From Octopus vulgaris (Eukaryota), in the NCBI GenBank assembly GCA_951406725.2, contig OX597814.1:126046001-126110000 (forward strand): a stretch of DNA of 64,000 nucleotides, read 5' to 3'. A program made the translations under genes and the position numbers. The notes beneath the pieces are model-generated. The model was not told where the DNA came from, searched no databases, and saw only the letters and a program-made list of their open reading frames with translations. Shown piece by piece: positions 1-14,242 of this stretch. The first letter of the stretch is position 1. Each line of letters opens with the position of its first letter.

Positions 1-1224
1 TAGAAAGCTTTACTTTTGCTACTCTCAGGATAATAAAATATGTACAGAGAATATACTAGATTCAATCAGTTGACTGTACAAAACTTGGCAATGTACATTA
101 GAAAGAAATCATATTGGCATTGATCTGTATTTTATTATATCATTGCATGATGGAATTGAATGATTCATAGGAGAGAGATAGAGACAAATAGTTGAATATT
201 AAACATAAGCTAAGAAAGAGTTGAAGCCAAGTAATTAGCATAAATATGAATATTTCTGCAACAGAGTATCAGCCTTAAAATAAATCATTAAGACAGACTT
301 GGAGCCACTGAATGCAACTTAGATAAAAATCTACCCAAGCTTTCTTTTAATTATTTATCACATTCTATCAATGGAACTACTATTGTGAATCAGTGTTTTT
401 ATAACAATAAAACATGTCAAAGACTTTCACTCATTTCTCTAGAATCTTTCTTTCTTTCATCTGTCTCCATTATTTGTAACAGTCATTTAGAAAATCTTCA
501 CTACTTATTTTTAATGTAAAACTTTGTAAGACTTTCAATCATTTACTTTATTTATTTTATTCTATTTACTTTTTTCTTTTTGTTCATTTTAATCTTCAAT
601 CTTTATTTCTCTTGATGTCTCTATCTGAAGTAGAATTCTAACTTAAAAATGTTTATTTTTCAAATATATCTATTCAGATTTTCAGTTTAATATTCATTCA
701 TTGTTTAAGAAAATACATTTTCTTTCAATGCTTTTTTTTCGTGTTATGTTTTGCTTTTTTGTTTTCCGTGCACTTCTATTTCTACATAGTTTCATGGTTT
801 TCAATAAAAAGTAGTTTTTCATGTGATATCAAGATTGCTTTGATATTGTCTATGTAATGTTATAATCTGAATACATAGCTATTGTTTCTTTGAAATTTTG
901 CACTGCTTTCTAAAATTAAAATTCTGATTTTTGGTAATTTATTTTAATTCATTTTCAAATTTTAAAAAATTCAAATTCTTGATTTCAATATATGCAAACT
1001 TGAATATCAAATTTGTCTACTTTCAGTCTAATCTCTCACCAATCTTTTTCACATCTATATCTCTAACATCTTCTCCTATAGAAATAGTCATGAAACCCTA
1101 GATAAAAGAACTTCTTGCATTTAGTTACATTGCTTTATACGCAGAGTTCAAATCCCAGAAAGGTCATCTTAGCTTTTCAATAAAATAGAGTATTAATGAA
1201 GTACTGTGGTTAGTATAATTGTTT

Positions 1225-3960
1225 GCGACCAACATTGGTCTTATGCAGCTAGAATCAGACCTGTTTCTGCTTTTAAACCAGAGTTTTTGGGCTATTTATG
1301 GCTTTATTTCACTCTGGTTTCCTTCCTCTTTGACAAATTTTACAAGATATTGGCCATGAAGTGGGTTTTTTGCTTCCATTTTTTTTCTTCAGCATACTTC
1401 TGTATTTTCTTTTGATTTTGTCTGCTGTTTCATAACCTTTTCTGTTGTTTTGTCCTTATCTGAATCTTTTACATCTTTTATACAGACAAAAGCCTTGTTT
1501 TTTTCATGTTTCACTTATCAGTTTCTCTTAGCTTGATTATCACATTTATCAGCTTCTTTTTGCTCAGTTTTAAATATTTTTGAAGTCCCACTGTTATTCT
1601 TTGTAGTAGTTTTCTGTTTGTATCAAATCCCACCCTCCTTTTGTGTGGTGTAAGCATATTCTATCTGTATTAGTTTGGGGGAAGTGACTTTGGAATGCTG
1701 TCAGTAGATTCCTTGTTTTTCTGTTTAAGCTCTTCAATTCACTTAACTTCTGTTTTATTATGTTGAAACTGTAGTTTATAACTGGGATGACTAGCATATT
1801 TGTATCTACTATCTTATTATTGACTCTCACAACATTCTTTGTTAATAATTTTACCCTTTATTTCTGTATTCTATTTTATTACTTTCATCTACTCCTAAGT
1901 CTCAGTGTGGTTGGTATCATCCTTAACAAAGAAATGGTCTAAAGTTTGTAATATTTTTGTTCCATGAGAATTTCATCATTAATAAAGTTGAAGCTAGAAG
2001 GGATAATGAGCTTCCCTGCAAGAATCCTTTTCTTGTGGATGTAGGATTGATTTTAATTGTCTCCTCTTTAATTTGTAATGATATTGTTTTCCATTTTGAT
2101 AATTACATGGGTGATGTATTTTGTTAGTATTTAAGCTGCTTTATTTAGGTAGAGTGTCTTCAGTATTCAGGAGTGTAGAATGCTATCAATTGTTTCTCAT
2201 TCGTTAATCCAGACCAGGCTAAGTTTTGTTTTCCTCTTTTTATTGTCTTCTATAATTGCCTGGTTCACCAGTAACTTCTTTTTACAAGCTAAACATTTCT
2301 TTCAGTTCCCCTGGTAATATATTATTACTCCCCAAGCAAGTAACCTACTTGTTGTAAATATGGATGCAAGGGCTTTGTATGTTGCTAGCAAGCAGGTTAT
2401 AGGCTTGAATTTTGTGTATCTTTCATACTGAAGAGTTAATATGCTTTCCTCTCCAATAACCAACAGTTGCTGATTCAGGTCTGCTTATCATTTCATGAGA
2501 TTTTGTTGCCATATACCCATGAATGCTGGTTAGCTGCTTCAACCATAAATTGAGGTCATTGTCAATCCCAAGAGTTTTCCCATTGCTTGCAGTTCTCAAT
2601 GTGTTGTTGGGTTTCTTGCTATCATTCTGAACTATATATGTGGTGTTATTATGTTATTTTCTTCCTACCTTCTGATCTATTGTACATTTTGGTTGTGTTA
2701 ATTGTCCTTACTCCGTATTACTTCTTACTTTACTTGCATTTCTGGTTGTGTTGATGTGCCATCCAGTATTTGGAATTTTTTGTTAATGTCCCTATTGAAT
2801 CTTTTTGGTGTTTGATCAAAATACTCTATTCTTCTGTAAGAAGTATTCATATTTTCAAAGCATTCTGTTCTGCATGTTTTTGCAGTGATGATTTAGTTTC
2901 TTTTTTATTTCCGAAGTGTCTTCTTTTTATTGGTATTGTTTTTTTGTTGTTATTTGGCTACTTTTTTCTTCCTTTTTTTTTTATATATTTACTTTTCCTT
3001 ATATAAAGATATGTCTTTTACTTTTTCTCAAGTTTATGCATTTATTTTTTCCCAATTGTGGGGTTGGGTTTTGATGAAGTTCTAACTCTATTAGGATCAA
3101 GCTTGGTTTTCCTCATTAGTAACACTACTATGGAATAACTCAGATCCTTCAGCCAGTCAATACTGGGCAGTTTGTTGCCATGAACAGATTTTTTGCAAGG
3201 CCCTATTATATTTATTCTTTCATTAAGTTACACATCCTTTGTAGCTTGGGTAGATGTTTACATTGATCTTTCTTCATTGATTTTGTAATGTTCCTTTCTA
3301 TTTTCCTTTTTATTTCAATTCAATCTACTTCAATATTAACTTTGGTTTCTCGGGTTTCTCTGTGTGTTTTCCTTCTGTTTCCTGTTTGGTATGGGCTTGA
3401 GGGTGCACTTTTGTTGTGGATGTGTATTTTGTTAAGTGTTTCTATAGAGGTTTCTATAATTTTAATTATCTTTTTGGATGTTAATTAATTATTCTGTGTA
3501 TATTGCTTTTGATCTACTGTCCTATCTTGCTTGTTCTTCAAATGGTGACTTCTATGATTTTTTTCCCTTTTTTTAGGTCTCATTTATAGATTTGTGGTCA
3601 TCACTTGTGTTGCTTTCTTTCTTTTCTGAGGGGTCTTATGTGTTTTGTGTACGGTGGGCTCTATTGTAATGTGTTCATTTGTTTGTAGTAGGTCTTTTTT
3701 TTCTTTTGAGTAAGATGTTTTTGTTTTTTCTCAGTGTATATCATCTCTAAGAGCTTGTCTATTTTAATCATTTTATTGCTTACTACAAATCTGTACATGT
3801 TCACCACTGTGTTTATGGTAACATTTTTCCTCACTTCTTTGGACCAATGTATGCGACTTCTTTCTCCCTTCAAAATTGCTAACCTTGTGACCAAATTAGA
3901 AAGAATTATCATCATAATCAGCTGCAGCAGCTGTGTTACATCACTGTAGACTAAGCCTTT
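1225..3960 (-). mobile_element. Decayed R4/Dong-like non-LTR retrotransposon (RT plus C-terminal region; many stops and frameshifts)
   Basis: Minus-strand translations give VWINE*ETIDSILHS*ILKTL (~2150-2215; cf. AWIDYKKAFDSVPHSW), KGFLQGSSLSLL (~1995-2030; cf. GIFQGDSLSPL), ORF 1594-1830 VIPVINYSFNII...NRKTRNLLTAFQSHFPQTNTDRICLHHTKGGWDL (cf. HHPKADVDRLYLPRxEGGRGL), PLHGQYL (~1350) and SGLKAETGLILAA*DQ (~1235-1285). The 5' boundary is uncertain. Confidence 0.85.
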
Positions 3961-4770
3961 AGAACCACTTGTACTGTAGCCTGGCAATAATGGCTGTTAA
4001 TTTTCTCGAAGCCCTCCTTTAACTGTAGTTGGGCCTCACCATATATATTATATAAATATATTCACATTAAGATGGCCTAACACCTTTAGCATTTAGAATA
4101 CTTCTCAGTCAAATAAATGTCAGCCAAACTGCATGCCATATTTTATTTATATCACGATGCCCGAGGGAGGAGAAATATTTAGTAATAGATTTTGAATTCG
4201 TTTTGAAGCAGAAGAGATAATAAATTAGATTGGTGCTCGTAACAAGAAGCATGAGGACACTGTAGAAACAGTTCTAAATGAAGGGATCAATTTTATATGT
4301 TAGTACAAAAAGTTTGGTGCAGCAGTTCTGAAGAACAGTCTGTTGCAGTAGTGAATGAAAAGACAAAGTGTGTCATCATGTGAATATAAAGCAGAAACTG
4401 AAGGTTTACAGTTGGGAAAGGTTTATCTATCAGGCCTGAGGGTTTTGTTTTTCTGGATGCAATCTTAGCTGAACCAAATCTTCACACAACCTAATTATAA
4501 AACCAAATCATTGATGTAGTTTCAACACCACTATAATTAAATGACTCTAAAGCCTCCAAAAGCCAAAACTCCACAAGGTCACCCAACCTATGAGAAGTCC
4601 TTACTCTCTTAAAAGAGAAAAGAATACATTGGACAATGTTTTAGTCCTTATTGTACAAAAATGCAGGATGGTCATAGCTAGCACATCCAGCAGGTTACCT
4701 GATATTCCAGATTACACAGCTAAATGAAAAGATGGACTCTAAGTATCCTCCAAAGGCTCTTTTCTCTCAC

Positions 4771-4960
4771 TCATTGATAGCCATTATTTGACAATATTTG
4801 TTTGAACTCAGTGAAAGCAACACAGGCCAGTCCAATGTTTATCGTAATTTCTTTGATGTTTTTCCTAACAAATGTAATGATGGTTTCCCAATATTTAAAG
4901 TTATTAACTTGTTTCAAAGTTGTTCCCTTAATGATGTTGTAAATTAGTAGTACTTTCTTT
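4771..4960 (-). mobile_element. RTE-like LINE fragment (end of RT / thumb region)
   Basis: GTTLKQVNNFKYWETII...KEITINIGLACVAFTEFKQIL resembles the 'LEQVxxFKYLGSII...EIxxRIxxAxxAF' motif of RTE-type RTs. Confidence 0.7.
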
Positions 4961-4999
4961 AAGGTCATCTCCTTTCAGACCCAAACCCATCTTTTTTTT

Positions 5000-5210
5000 C
5001 TCATCATCAACAATACTTCTCAGCACTCTCTCTTTCTCTCCATCTCTATCACCCTTTCTTCTCTTTCCCTCTCTTCCCTTCACCCCTTTCCCCCTCTCAC
5101 TCCTCTCATCCTCCTCTTTCTTTCTCTTCTCTGTTGCTCTCTTGCCCTTTTCACCTTGGGTCTCTTCTGTTACTCTTTTGTCTATCACCATCACACTCTG
5201 ACCCTCTTCC
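5000..5210 (+). repeat. Polypyrimidine (CT-rich) low-complexity tract
   Basis: Almost exclusively C/T; produces the spurious E/K/R-rich ORF 4928-5410. Confidence 0.85.
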
Positions 5211-8200
5211 CACCTGGCTGTGTCAGAAAGAAACAAATGATGAGACAATGCAGGGAAGTGCAAACTTGCTTTAGTTTTGTTGGAAATGAGACGACCTGTG
5301 TGTGGCACTAAATGAGCAGAGACAACATGGGGAAGGGAAGGCTTCTTTAGACTTATTAGGGATACAACAACCATTTTAGTGCTGATGCCATCATAAAATT
5401 CACCCAGCATGTTCTGTTATGTTGCTGACATAGGAAGAGCATCCAGCTATATAAATCATGTTACAAATGAAATGTGTGGATGAGATGTGATTCTCAACTC
5501 CTCTTGGAGAACAGTATCTCCAAATAAGAGCTGACACAGATTGTGATGACTTGCCTAGCATGGGAAAGGAGTCATACAATAATGGCAGACCAGCTATCAG
5601 TAACTGGTCACTTGTAGTAACTACTCTTGTTTGATTACTTGTCTTAGGTCTGACAGACTCAACTCTTGGAACTTTTCAACCAATATAAAACAAAATAAAG
5701 GATTTACTTTAATGTTTGCAAAGAAAATTATGTAAACATTATGACATACTTAAATTGACATATGCTTAATGTTTGTATTTATTGAAGCAAGTTAAATATA
5801 TACATTTGTTCTTTGTATGGATTGTAACCAATTGCAAATAACCTAAGAGCTAAAGTGGGGTTTGTCAGAAACTGTGGATTAAGATAATATGAGATTATAT
5901 TCTAAGTGATAAGATATCGTCTTGTTATAATGATATACTTGTATTTTGGTTATTAAACTGTTTCACGCTAGATCTAATAAGATATGGATTAATATTCCAG
6001 TCAATAATATGTGCATTATACTACTATGCAGGTGTTAATGAAAAGAGAATTATTGTATGAGTGCATTCTGTGGTAGTTAATTAATGAAATTGTTTTATAA
6101 ATATATCTTTATAAAGTGAAATGCTGTTTTTAACTGATGTAATTGAAATATAGAAATCATTCTAAACACGAACAAAGCACACATGTATTATATTCAATAC
6201 TGCAATAGATATCTTTTATCAGCAACAAATACATATTCTTTAAAACTGAACAGATTTAAGTGGAAGAAAAAAATATGGAAATACAGGTTTCTGACAGAGT
6301 TGTTCACTTTCAAAACTAGAATATATTATAAAATTGGTAAATTTTCTGTTTTATTTTTCTTAATATCTTTTTCTGGGAATTGTTACTACTGGAAGCAATA
6401 GATGTGCTTATCATTATGATACTAGGATATGTTTCACTCCTCATCTTATGTTACAGAATAACGTTAAATGTAATAATTTAATATGTATCTTTATTGATAT
6501 GTTGTTCTCCTATCTGGAAACATGGATTTGAAGCCGATTTCTTTTAAGCTTAAAATATCAATATAAATAATCTATATATGTTCACATGACAAATCTCAAT
6601 TTCTCTCTGTGAAATTATCTTTTATGGAAGCTTTATCTCCATAAGATGCTATAATTGGTTTATATGTGTCATAGAATATAAGCTGCATATATTACTGATC
6701 TTTTCTTGTGGAGTAAATTCTCAATCTTTCAAGTAGTACAGAAGCATTTCTCAATGATAGACATCACCACATCAGAGAAATAGGCCTTTACTGGATCAGG
6801 CCCTAATGACATTCTAAATGGAAAACCCAAGTGACTGATCTGGAATTAAAATTGGAAAATCTTGTTGGATAATCTATAATGTATTGTTAATAACAGCTTC
6901 TAGAAGAAGAAGTCAGGAAATTTGTAGGTGAGTGCTGACTGCAGGCATCAGTTGAGATGATATCAAAATAGTATCCCTAGCATGAACTGCAGTACTTCAG
7001 CAAAAACAGATGTCTGTCAATTCTTAATAATTCTGATCCATTATTTTGTCAAATTGTACAGTGCAAGTCTATATTTTATCTACTAGATTTTCGCTTCACT
7101 TTGATGTATATGATTTTTGCATTAAAGTAACAGTTGAAAGTAGTTCTTTAGTCTAACTTTAATCATATTTCCTTAAGTTTTGTACTCTCAAGCAGAATGT
7201 TAACTCAATCTGTGAATTGTGATTTTGGAATTGATAATCAACAGATGTTTTGATCTAGCCAGACGTCTCTGTTTTCATATTCGTATTGCTAGTGTTAATA
7301 TATTTTAGGAAACTCTCTGGAGGATCATTGCTAAATGTACATCTCTACATCTCTTTTTTCTTTTCTTTTTTTTTTTTTGTTTTTCATTTCTATGCTCGAC
7401 ACTCTTGATCTTTAAGCTAGAAATTTCTCTCACCTTTTCTGACTTGTGACATTTATTTCTGTTCAGCTCATTTTCTTATTTATTTATTTATTTCCAAAGA
7501 AGTTGTGTATTCAATAATTTTAGTTTTTGTCAGACTAATATGTGAAACGTTTGAAATGTTTTTATTCTACAATTGACTAAGTAGGCATTCTACACATGGA
7601 GGGGAATAGATCTTTTGAAAGGTTGTGTATTTGGTTGATATTAGTGTAGGCATACCATAAAATACTTCCTGGGTGGAGCCTTGAAAGCCACTCAAATAAT
7701 AAAAATCATAGTATCATTACTTATATGTATATATTTATTTATAAATCTTTACATAACTGTATGTGCTGAGTGTGTGAGTGTGTAAATTAATAGATGCATG
7801 CCCATACAGAGATGCACAAATGCTTCATGTTATATAAATATAGATATAGATATACATATATATATAATATATTGAGTGAATGAACACAAATATGCTTCAC
7901 AATGTCTCTCTTTTTGTCATTAAATTACCATTAATGTATTCTTAAGACCATTTTACAAATTAACAAAGTTTCACTTTTGAGATTACCGACAAAATTTCTA
8001 ATGCATTGTTTACAATTATCTCTGATTGAATTAATGTTTCATTTAAGTATAGTGTAAAGGAGAAGCTGTGTGAATCTAGAATCTAAAGAATAAAAACACA
8101 TGTTTCTCAGAAAAATTCAGCCATTGTACTTACTTTGTGGGTTTTATGATGTGGCTGTTCTTCTGCTTCTTTGTTTCTTTACTATTTGTGGCAATCTAAT

Positions 8201-8823
8201 TTGAATTTTACTGATTGATTGCAAAATTGAGTCATTGCTCTTTTTAGTTTTCTGTTCAGGTTTCAGCTGTTTTGCTATGCCAATAATGATCCCATTTAGT
8301 ATTTTCCAATAAAATAGGTGTGATTTCTACTGCCTTGTTTATTTCTGTTACTGCTTGTATTTTAGTTGTTGAAGATATATATATATATATATGCTAGCCT
8401 TTAAATTGAAAAGAAATGTTAAGAAAGTGTTACCTCTTCAGACACAGTGAGATACGAATGAATAAAACATATTGTAAAAATATATCCTGTGTTGTTTATA
8501 CGATTTGCTTCAGGTGATATTTTCTTCACTTGTTAAGTGACAGACATCAAGTATTAGATTAGTATTTGGGTCAAGTAGACCAGTCAGAGGTGGAAGGATT
8601 GCACTTTAGTCAGAGGTGGAAGGATAGCACCTATGACCTCTTTCAGAACTTCCAAAGACTGATAGGAGGCAGTTAACCTTACCCTGGAGACCTGACTCAA
8701 AAACTTGTAATAAAATGGGCTCTGCCGAAGGCCAGTGGGGTAGTGTTAAACCAACCAACATATTAAATATAAGAGTGAACAGTGAAATTCTGAAATTGAT
8801 TTTGTCTTGTATTTAATCCCAGG

Positions 8824-9216
8824 CAGTGCTGGATTATCCATTAAGCAAAATAAATATGCTTAGGGTATCAAGGGCCGAGGAGCACCACAAAAATGGTAAA
8901 TGGTTTATAGCACAAAAGAAATCACTTTAAACTTGTAAAATAATATTCAAAGTGGTGTATATGATCAGAAATATAATTTTCAAGTGTTCATAGTGTCATA
9001 GTGAGAATCTGATCAAAGATTTTGCAATTAAAAAAAGTAGGAACAAACGTTTCATATATAAATAGTGGAAATATAAAACAATAAACATTATTTTCCATCT
9101 TCTTGTTAGTTTTGTTGCGTTTTGAAAAATGAAAATTTATTTTATGGTTTATTAATGTTTATATTTTGACTTACACATATATGGGGGCACAAAAATCAGA
9201 TCTTAATTTGGTCCTG
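8824..9216. mobile_element. hAT (Tip100-like) non-autonomous element / MITE
   Basis: Degenerate TIRs cagtgctggatta ... taatttggtcctg (cf. CAGGGCCGGATTA/TAATCCGGCCCTG); 8-bp flanks atcccagg / atcccctg (6/8 match) consistent with a hAT TSD. Confidence 0.65.
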
Positions 9217-9224
9217 ATCCCCTG

Positions 9225-9405
9225 TAATCTCTGAATCAAGTATGTCCATAGTCAAAGGTGTTTCAGCCATAACCATCTCATCCTGCCTTTTTGTATATTA
9301 AGGACTGCATTGTCCATTGTATCTTTCTTTAAATTTAAAATGTGTAATTTAAAGAAGATTTTGCTATTATTTCTAGCAGATCAGGTGATTGTGTAGAGAA
9401 TCAGG
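9225..9405 (+). mobile_element. Old SINE-like repeat (family F), interrupted by the hAT MITE
   Basis: Motifs 'cagccataaccatc' and 'gattttgctattatttctagcagatcag' recur in variant form at ~20350-20530, 30553-30750, 35740-35860 (+) and ~13300-13460, 31600-31780 (-). Confidence 0.6.
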
Positions 9406-10864
9406 TTATAACTTTTGATAAGGTGTGCAGAAATTGAACTTAGCTAATGAATCAGTTTACAGTATGTTTACTTCCCATGACAGTGCAGTGTTGTTACCAC
9501 ATAGTACCTATTTTAACTAGGTAGACTGGGCCACTTGAAAGTTAAGTATCTTTGTCATAGACATAATACACTGCCAGTCCCAGGATATAGCACACAAACT
9601 TTTCAGTTGGTTGTTTATTGCCTCATTATCTGTCCACCTATTCATGTTCACTCATCTTTTAGACCATAAGCTAAATTGCGCATTTATCTCTGATGAATTT
9701 CTGTTGTCATCATCTTTCTTACATCTACATTTCCATGCTAATATGGGTTAGACAGGTTTTTAAAGGTAGTAACACCCAGATGCCATTCCTGGTGCCAGAC
9801 CTTTTAGTTACTTCTTACAACATGCAGGGATATGGTGTACCTTATTCTAAAACCAGGATAAGCACCTAGAAAAGTGCTTAATTTCTATCTCACTCTCTTC
9901 CATTAAAGCAAGTATGTTCTTGAGATGATTTAAAGTAGATATTTAAATATTCAAAGATATGAAAACTTCCCACACCCAACAAGTGAATCCTCATTTTAAA
10001 AGATTAACTTTACACTTTCAAAAACTATTCCTATCAGTTTTTCAATCACTGAACCTGACAGAATATCAAAACTCTTCTGGTATAAGTTTAGTGTCAGTGA
10101 AGAGACATTTTGGATGGTGGACTTAATCCATCACCTGATTCATCACTACCAGCGGGCCCATGATTGCCTTTAGAGCTCACTCTATAGCAAGAATGTCAAC
10201 CAGGTCTCTGGTCTGAGAATAATTTCATCCCACCAATTTTGGAAGTATTGAAAAGATTACAGGCACTTTTCTTCCTTCTCTTTCGGGGCCTTAAAAAAAT
10301 ACATTGTGATCTTTTGACTAGCTGCACTGAAAAGCTTAAGTTTTTTTTACTGTACTTTAGGTATGTGTCTCCATTAAAGCATTGAAAAGAGATGTATATT
10401 AACCAGCATAGTACCCATAAAAAAATGATGGTGCTTATTTCTATAATTTAAAATTTTTCTATTTGAAGCCTTGCTTCATTTCTTGATTTATTTCAGTTAT
10501 TCTATTTCTTAAATCAACCTCCTCTTTTCTCTGTCCTCAATGCCATCCCAACCGTATTATTACTTATGCTATATCTTCCCCTCTCTTATTCTTTCTTCCA
10601 AGCCCTCTCTATATTTCACTGTCTGCTCATATGACTGCTTGTCTTCTTACTGGCTGACTAATGGTTATCTTTTCTCTTTTCCTCCCACTCTACTAGCTTT
10701 CTCCTATCTATTTATGTATCTTATCCACTTCTCTTTATAATTCTTCCTTTTTCTTCCACCTCTATCAACATAGTTGTTGCTCTCTTATCCTTTACCTAAC
10801 TTTCAGTATGACTTGGACACTTGAACAAAGGTTGTCAATTTCACTTCATCATTTAGTACAATGC

Positions 10865-10866
<2 letters not shown>

Positions 10867-10916
<50 letters not shown>
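10867..10916. repeat. (TG)n microsatellite
   Basis: Perfect dinucleotide run. Confidence 0.97.
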
Positions 10917-10917
<1 letters not shown>

Positions 10918-13494
10918 ATGCACATGCTTGTGTAGCATGGCTCCCTGTTTCCTTTTCCTATAGTAATGCTGAAATATAGAAACCAGTGAACAAAAAAAGT
11001 CACTTGGCCCTTTGTAGAAAATATATAAAGAATACAAAACATTTATTCTTGCCCTCTTCTTTCCTCATTCCCTTTTTATATTTCTAATCATTCTTATCTC
11101 TTCCTTTCTTCTCAGTGTTACTCTCTTTCTCTCTCTCTCACTTCCACTATCCTTTTTTTTCTTTTCAATGTTACTCTGTATCCTTCTTTCTTAGTAATTC
11201 TATTCTCTCTTTTTCTTCTCAATGCTACCTGTCAAATACACATATCATTCATATATAACTTAGAAATTCTCTGCAGAGAACATCAAATATATTCAGTCAA
11301 ATTATGCCTATCAAAAATAAAATAGAATTACTAAGTGAGACTGACATGCTATTAAGACCTACAGTAAAGTAGTAGGATGTACTAAGTTACAACAACAACA
11401 ACAACAGTAGTAGTAGTAGTAGTAGTAGCAGCAACAATAACAATAATAACCTAAAGTGTGTTAGATTTATTAAGTGGTGTTAAAACCTATATTGTGAAAT
11501 CAGAGGTCAGTTGTTAAAAATTTGGAGGAAGAGAAGTCAAGGAAGCATATATGAAAAGGAGAGAAAGAGATAGCATAAAAAATTTTCTGTCCAATGTTGA
11601 TTAGTTGAGGGTGTTGAATCAATTATTCTATTCTCTGTTCTAAATCCTATCCAATGCCATGAAATGTCATGAAATTATTGGTTTAGTATTTTATATTCTA
11701 GTTCCTGACACTGACTGGGATTACTGTGCCACACAACACTGACCAAACCCAACTTTTCATGTTAGCAACTTTAGAAAAGAATCATAACTGTTGCATAATG
11801 CAACCTTTCACATTTCGTGATGGGCCACTATCTGATACTTTAAAAAGCTCGTCATTTCAAAAGCAACATTGTAGTCCTCACATTCAAGCTCTCTTTGGAT
11901 TTGCATAATTATGGAGTGAGCGAAGCAGAAGATTTATATCTAACAATTCATATTTATTGCTGTATAATTTATTGAACTGCAAATATGACTAAGAGGCAAG
12001 CTCACAAAAATAGTCCTATCTTTTCTACTTGATAGCTATTGATACTCAGAATTTTCATACATATTTCTCAGACTGCTTTGTATTCTATATTCTGTAGTGA
12101 CTATATTATACAGGCTTGGCAAGAAAGTGAAATGTCAAAAGTGATCATAATATTTACTGCTTATACACTTTTTGTTTGTTTGGGTTTTTTTTAAATTTAC
12201 CAATTCCAAACATAATTAATTCTGATTATCAACTTTAAAATTATTAAGTATTTTAATGATGTGTTCAACGATATTAATCAACAATTAAAAGCTTGTTACT
12301 AACATCTAGTTGATTTTTGGATTAAGGAGTGATAAGAATTTATATGACTGAAGAACACATAAGTGACTCAACTGGAATGGCATCAGTTGAAAGTTATTTA
12401 ATTATCAACATCTATAATAAAATTCTTTGCATGTTGAAAACTACTCATCAATATAACTGAAGAAAAGATAGAGAAATCTAACCATTTCTGTCTGTCTTTG
12501 AAGACATATCTGTCAGTCTCTGTTATTGGTTATCACATCAGAGGAGGAAACAACTTGTTGCAGGTGTCCAGTAAGTGAAACATCATTGGATTACAGTAAT
12601 GCTTCAATATTTCCTTATTTATGGACACACATAGCAACTGTTGATTGTTTTCACATGTCTCACAACGTTATGTTCTATATCTCTGATTCCATTTATTTAT
12701 TTTATGTTAACGAGGTGTCTTTGGTAGAAGGTACCCAGTTTGATTTCCTTGTATCATTACTACACCACATCATGAGCATTACGTTGCAGTCATCATTGCC
12801 ATTGCCATCATCATCATGTTGCACATGTGCTTCTAGATATATTGGTGATATCTCATCTTTCATAAAGTAACTATGAAGAACACTGCCTATGGTTTCTTTA
12901 CATCACATACAAAACTTGAAAATATCTTATTACTACAATGTATTCAATGTGTAATTATGTTTTCCAAATCTAATACTCAATATATTTCCATTAATATTAT
13001 AAAACAGGCCTTTTATAGCTAACTTTACTGATACTGTACAATATTTGTAGAACATTACATGTTATGGTAGTGAAGTTTATTTTACTGTGAAAACTATATT
13101 GAATTCAGACAGGTAGAATGTAGCAACATAATTTTTTCCTTTTTATGAAATTACCCAAATATTTTCTCCAGAGAATATGTATTAAGTATTCTGTGTTTAA
13201 ATTCACCTACCAATTATGTGTGCTACCAGCACACCTATAACTTCACCAGTCATGTACCTTATCAGTAGAACTTGAGCCAGTGAGGGGGGATTCCATGCAG
13301 TCAGTAGCTTAGAATGCTAGAAATGGCTGCTTAATCTCCCTCAAATTATACCCTACTTTCTTAAATAAAGAAGGAAATATGAATGCAGTCTTAGATACCT
13401 TTAAAGACATGGAATGGTCACAGTTGAAATACCTTTGATCATAGATCTGCTCAGTTGGAGTTGATATTTTACATGTCCCTGCTGCTGCTACTGA

Positions 13495-13541
<47 letters not shown>
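13495..13541. repeat. (ACT)n microsatellite
   Basis: Perfect trinucleotide run. Confidence 0.97.
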
Positions 13542-14054
13542 TGTGTACTAAATGTGCATAAATTATCACTATATATAATTGTACTACCACTACAGAAGGC
13601 TACAGATGTTTGAGGCTGTATTTGCCTCTGTGTGTGTGTGTGTGTGTGTGTGCACATGCGTGCACGGGCACGTGTGAGCATTTGTGTAAATAAGTAGTGC
13701 TGCAGGAGGCTTGCAGTTGAATACATTTGAATCTTGAGATGAAAACTTAATTTTAGTTATTATTTGATCAATGTTTTTGTGTGAAATAGCCACAATACTG
13801 AAGAAGCCTTCTTCTACTATTGTGTCAGGAACTAACTACATTGTATGTAGTGGGATTGCCTGAAGACTCAACCACAGATATCTACATTTGTAGTTCCATG
13901 CATTCTTACAGGTCTTCAAAAGTGCCTATTTATTTGTGTTACTCTACTCATCTGCAAGTATAGAGATACACATTCAGATATATGTATATACATACATACA
14001 TACTGGTGGAATAAGATGCTACAGGCAAAATCTGTAGCTCCATTTACTCACCAT

Positions 14055-14171
14055 ATACATACATACATACATACATACATACATACATACATACATACAT
14101 ACATACATACATACATACATACATACATACATACATACATACATAGATATATGTATGTATGTATATACATG

Positions 14172-14209
<38 letters not shown>

Positions 14210-14240
14210 CATATATTATAATCTGTGTGTGTGTGTGTAT
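14055..14240. repeat. (CATA)n, (TA)n and (TG)n compound microsatellite
   Basis: Direct inspection. Confidence 0.95.
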
Positions 14241-14242
14241 AA

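Noticed and set aside
6904-6927. 24-nt plus-strand segment ending in a perfect AG|GTGAGT donor
   Set aside because: Weak polypyrimidine tract, adjacent to decayed SINE-tail-like sequence, and no supporting evidence
8581-8632. Short tandem duplications (26 bp here; 16 bp at ~24170; ~44 bp at ~20920; ~61 bp at ~50750)
   Set aside because: Ordinary slippage duplications with no further structure
11830-11930. Minus-strand CFAHSI...LECEDYNVAF resembling hAT or piggyBac motifs
   Set aside because: Single short motifs with no other ordered motifs recognised nearby
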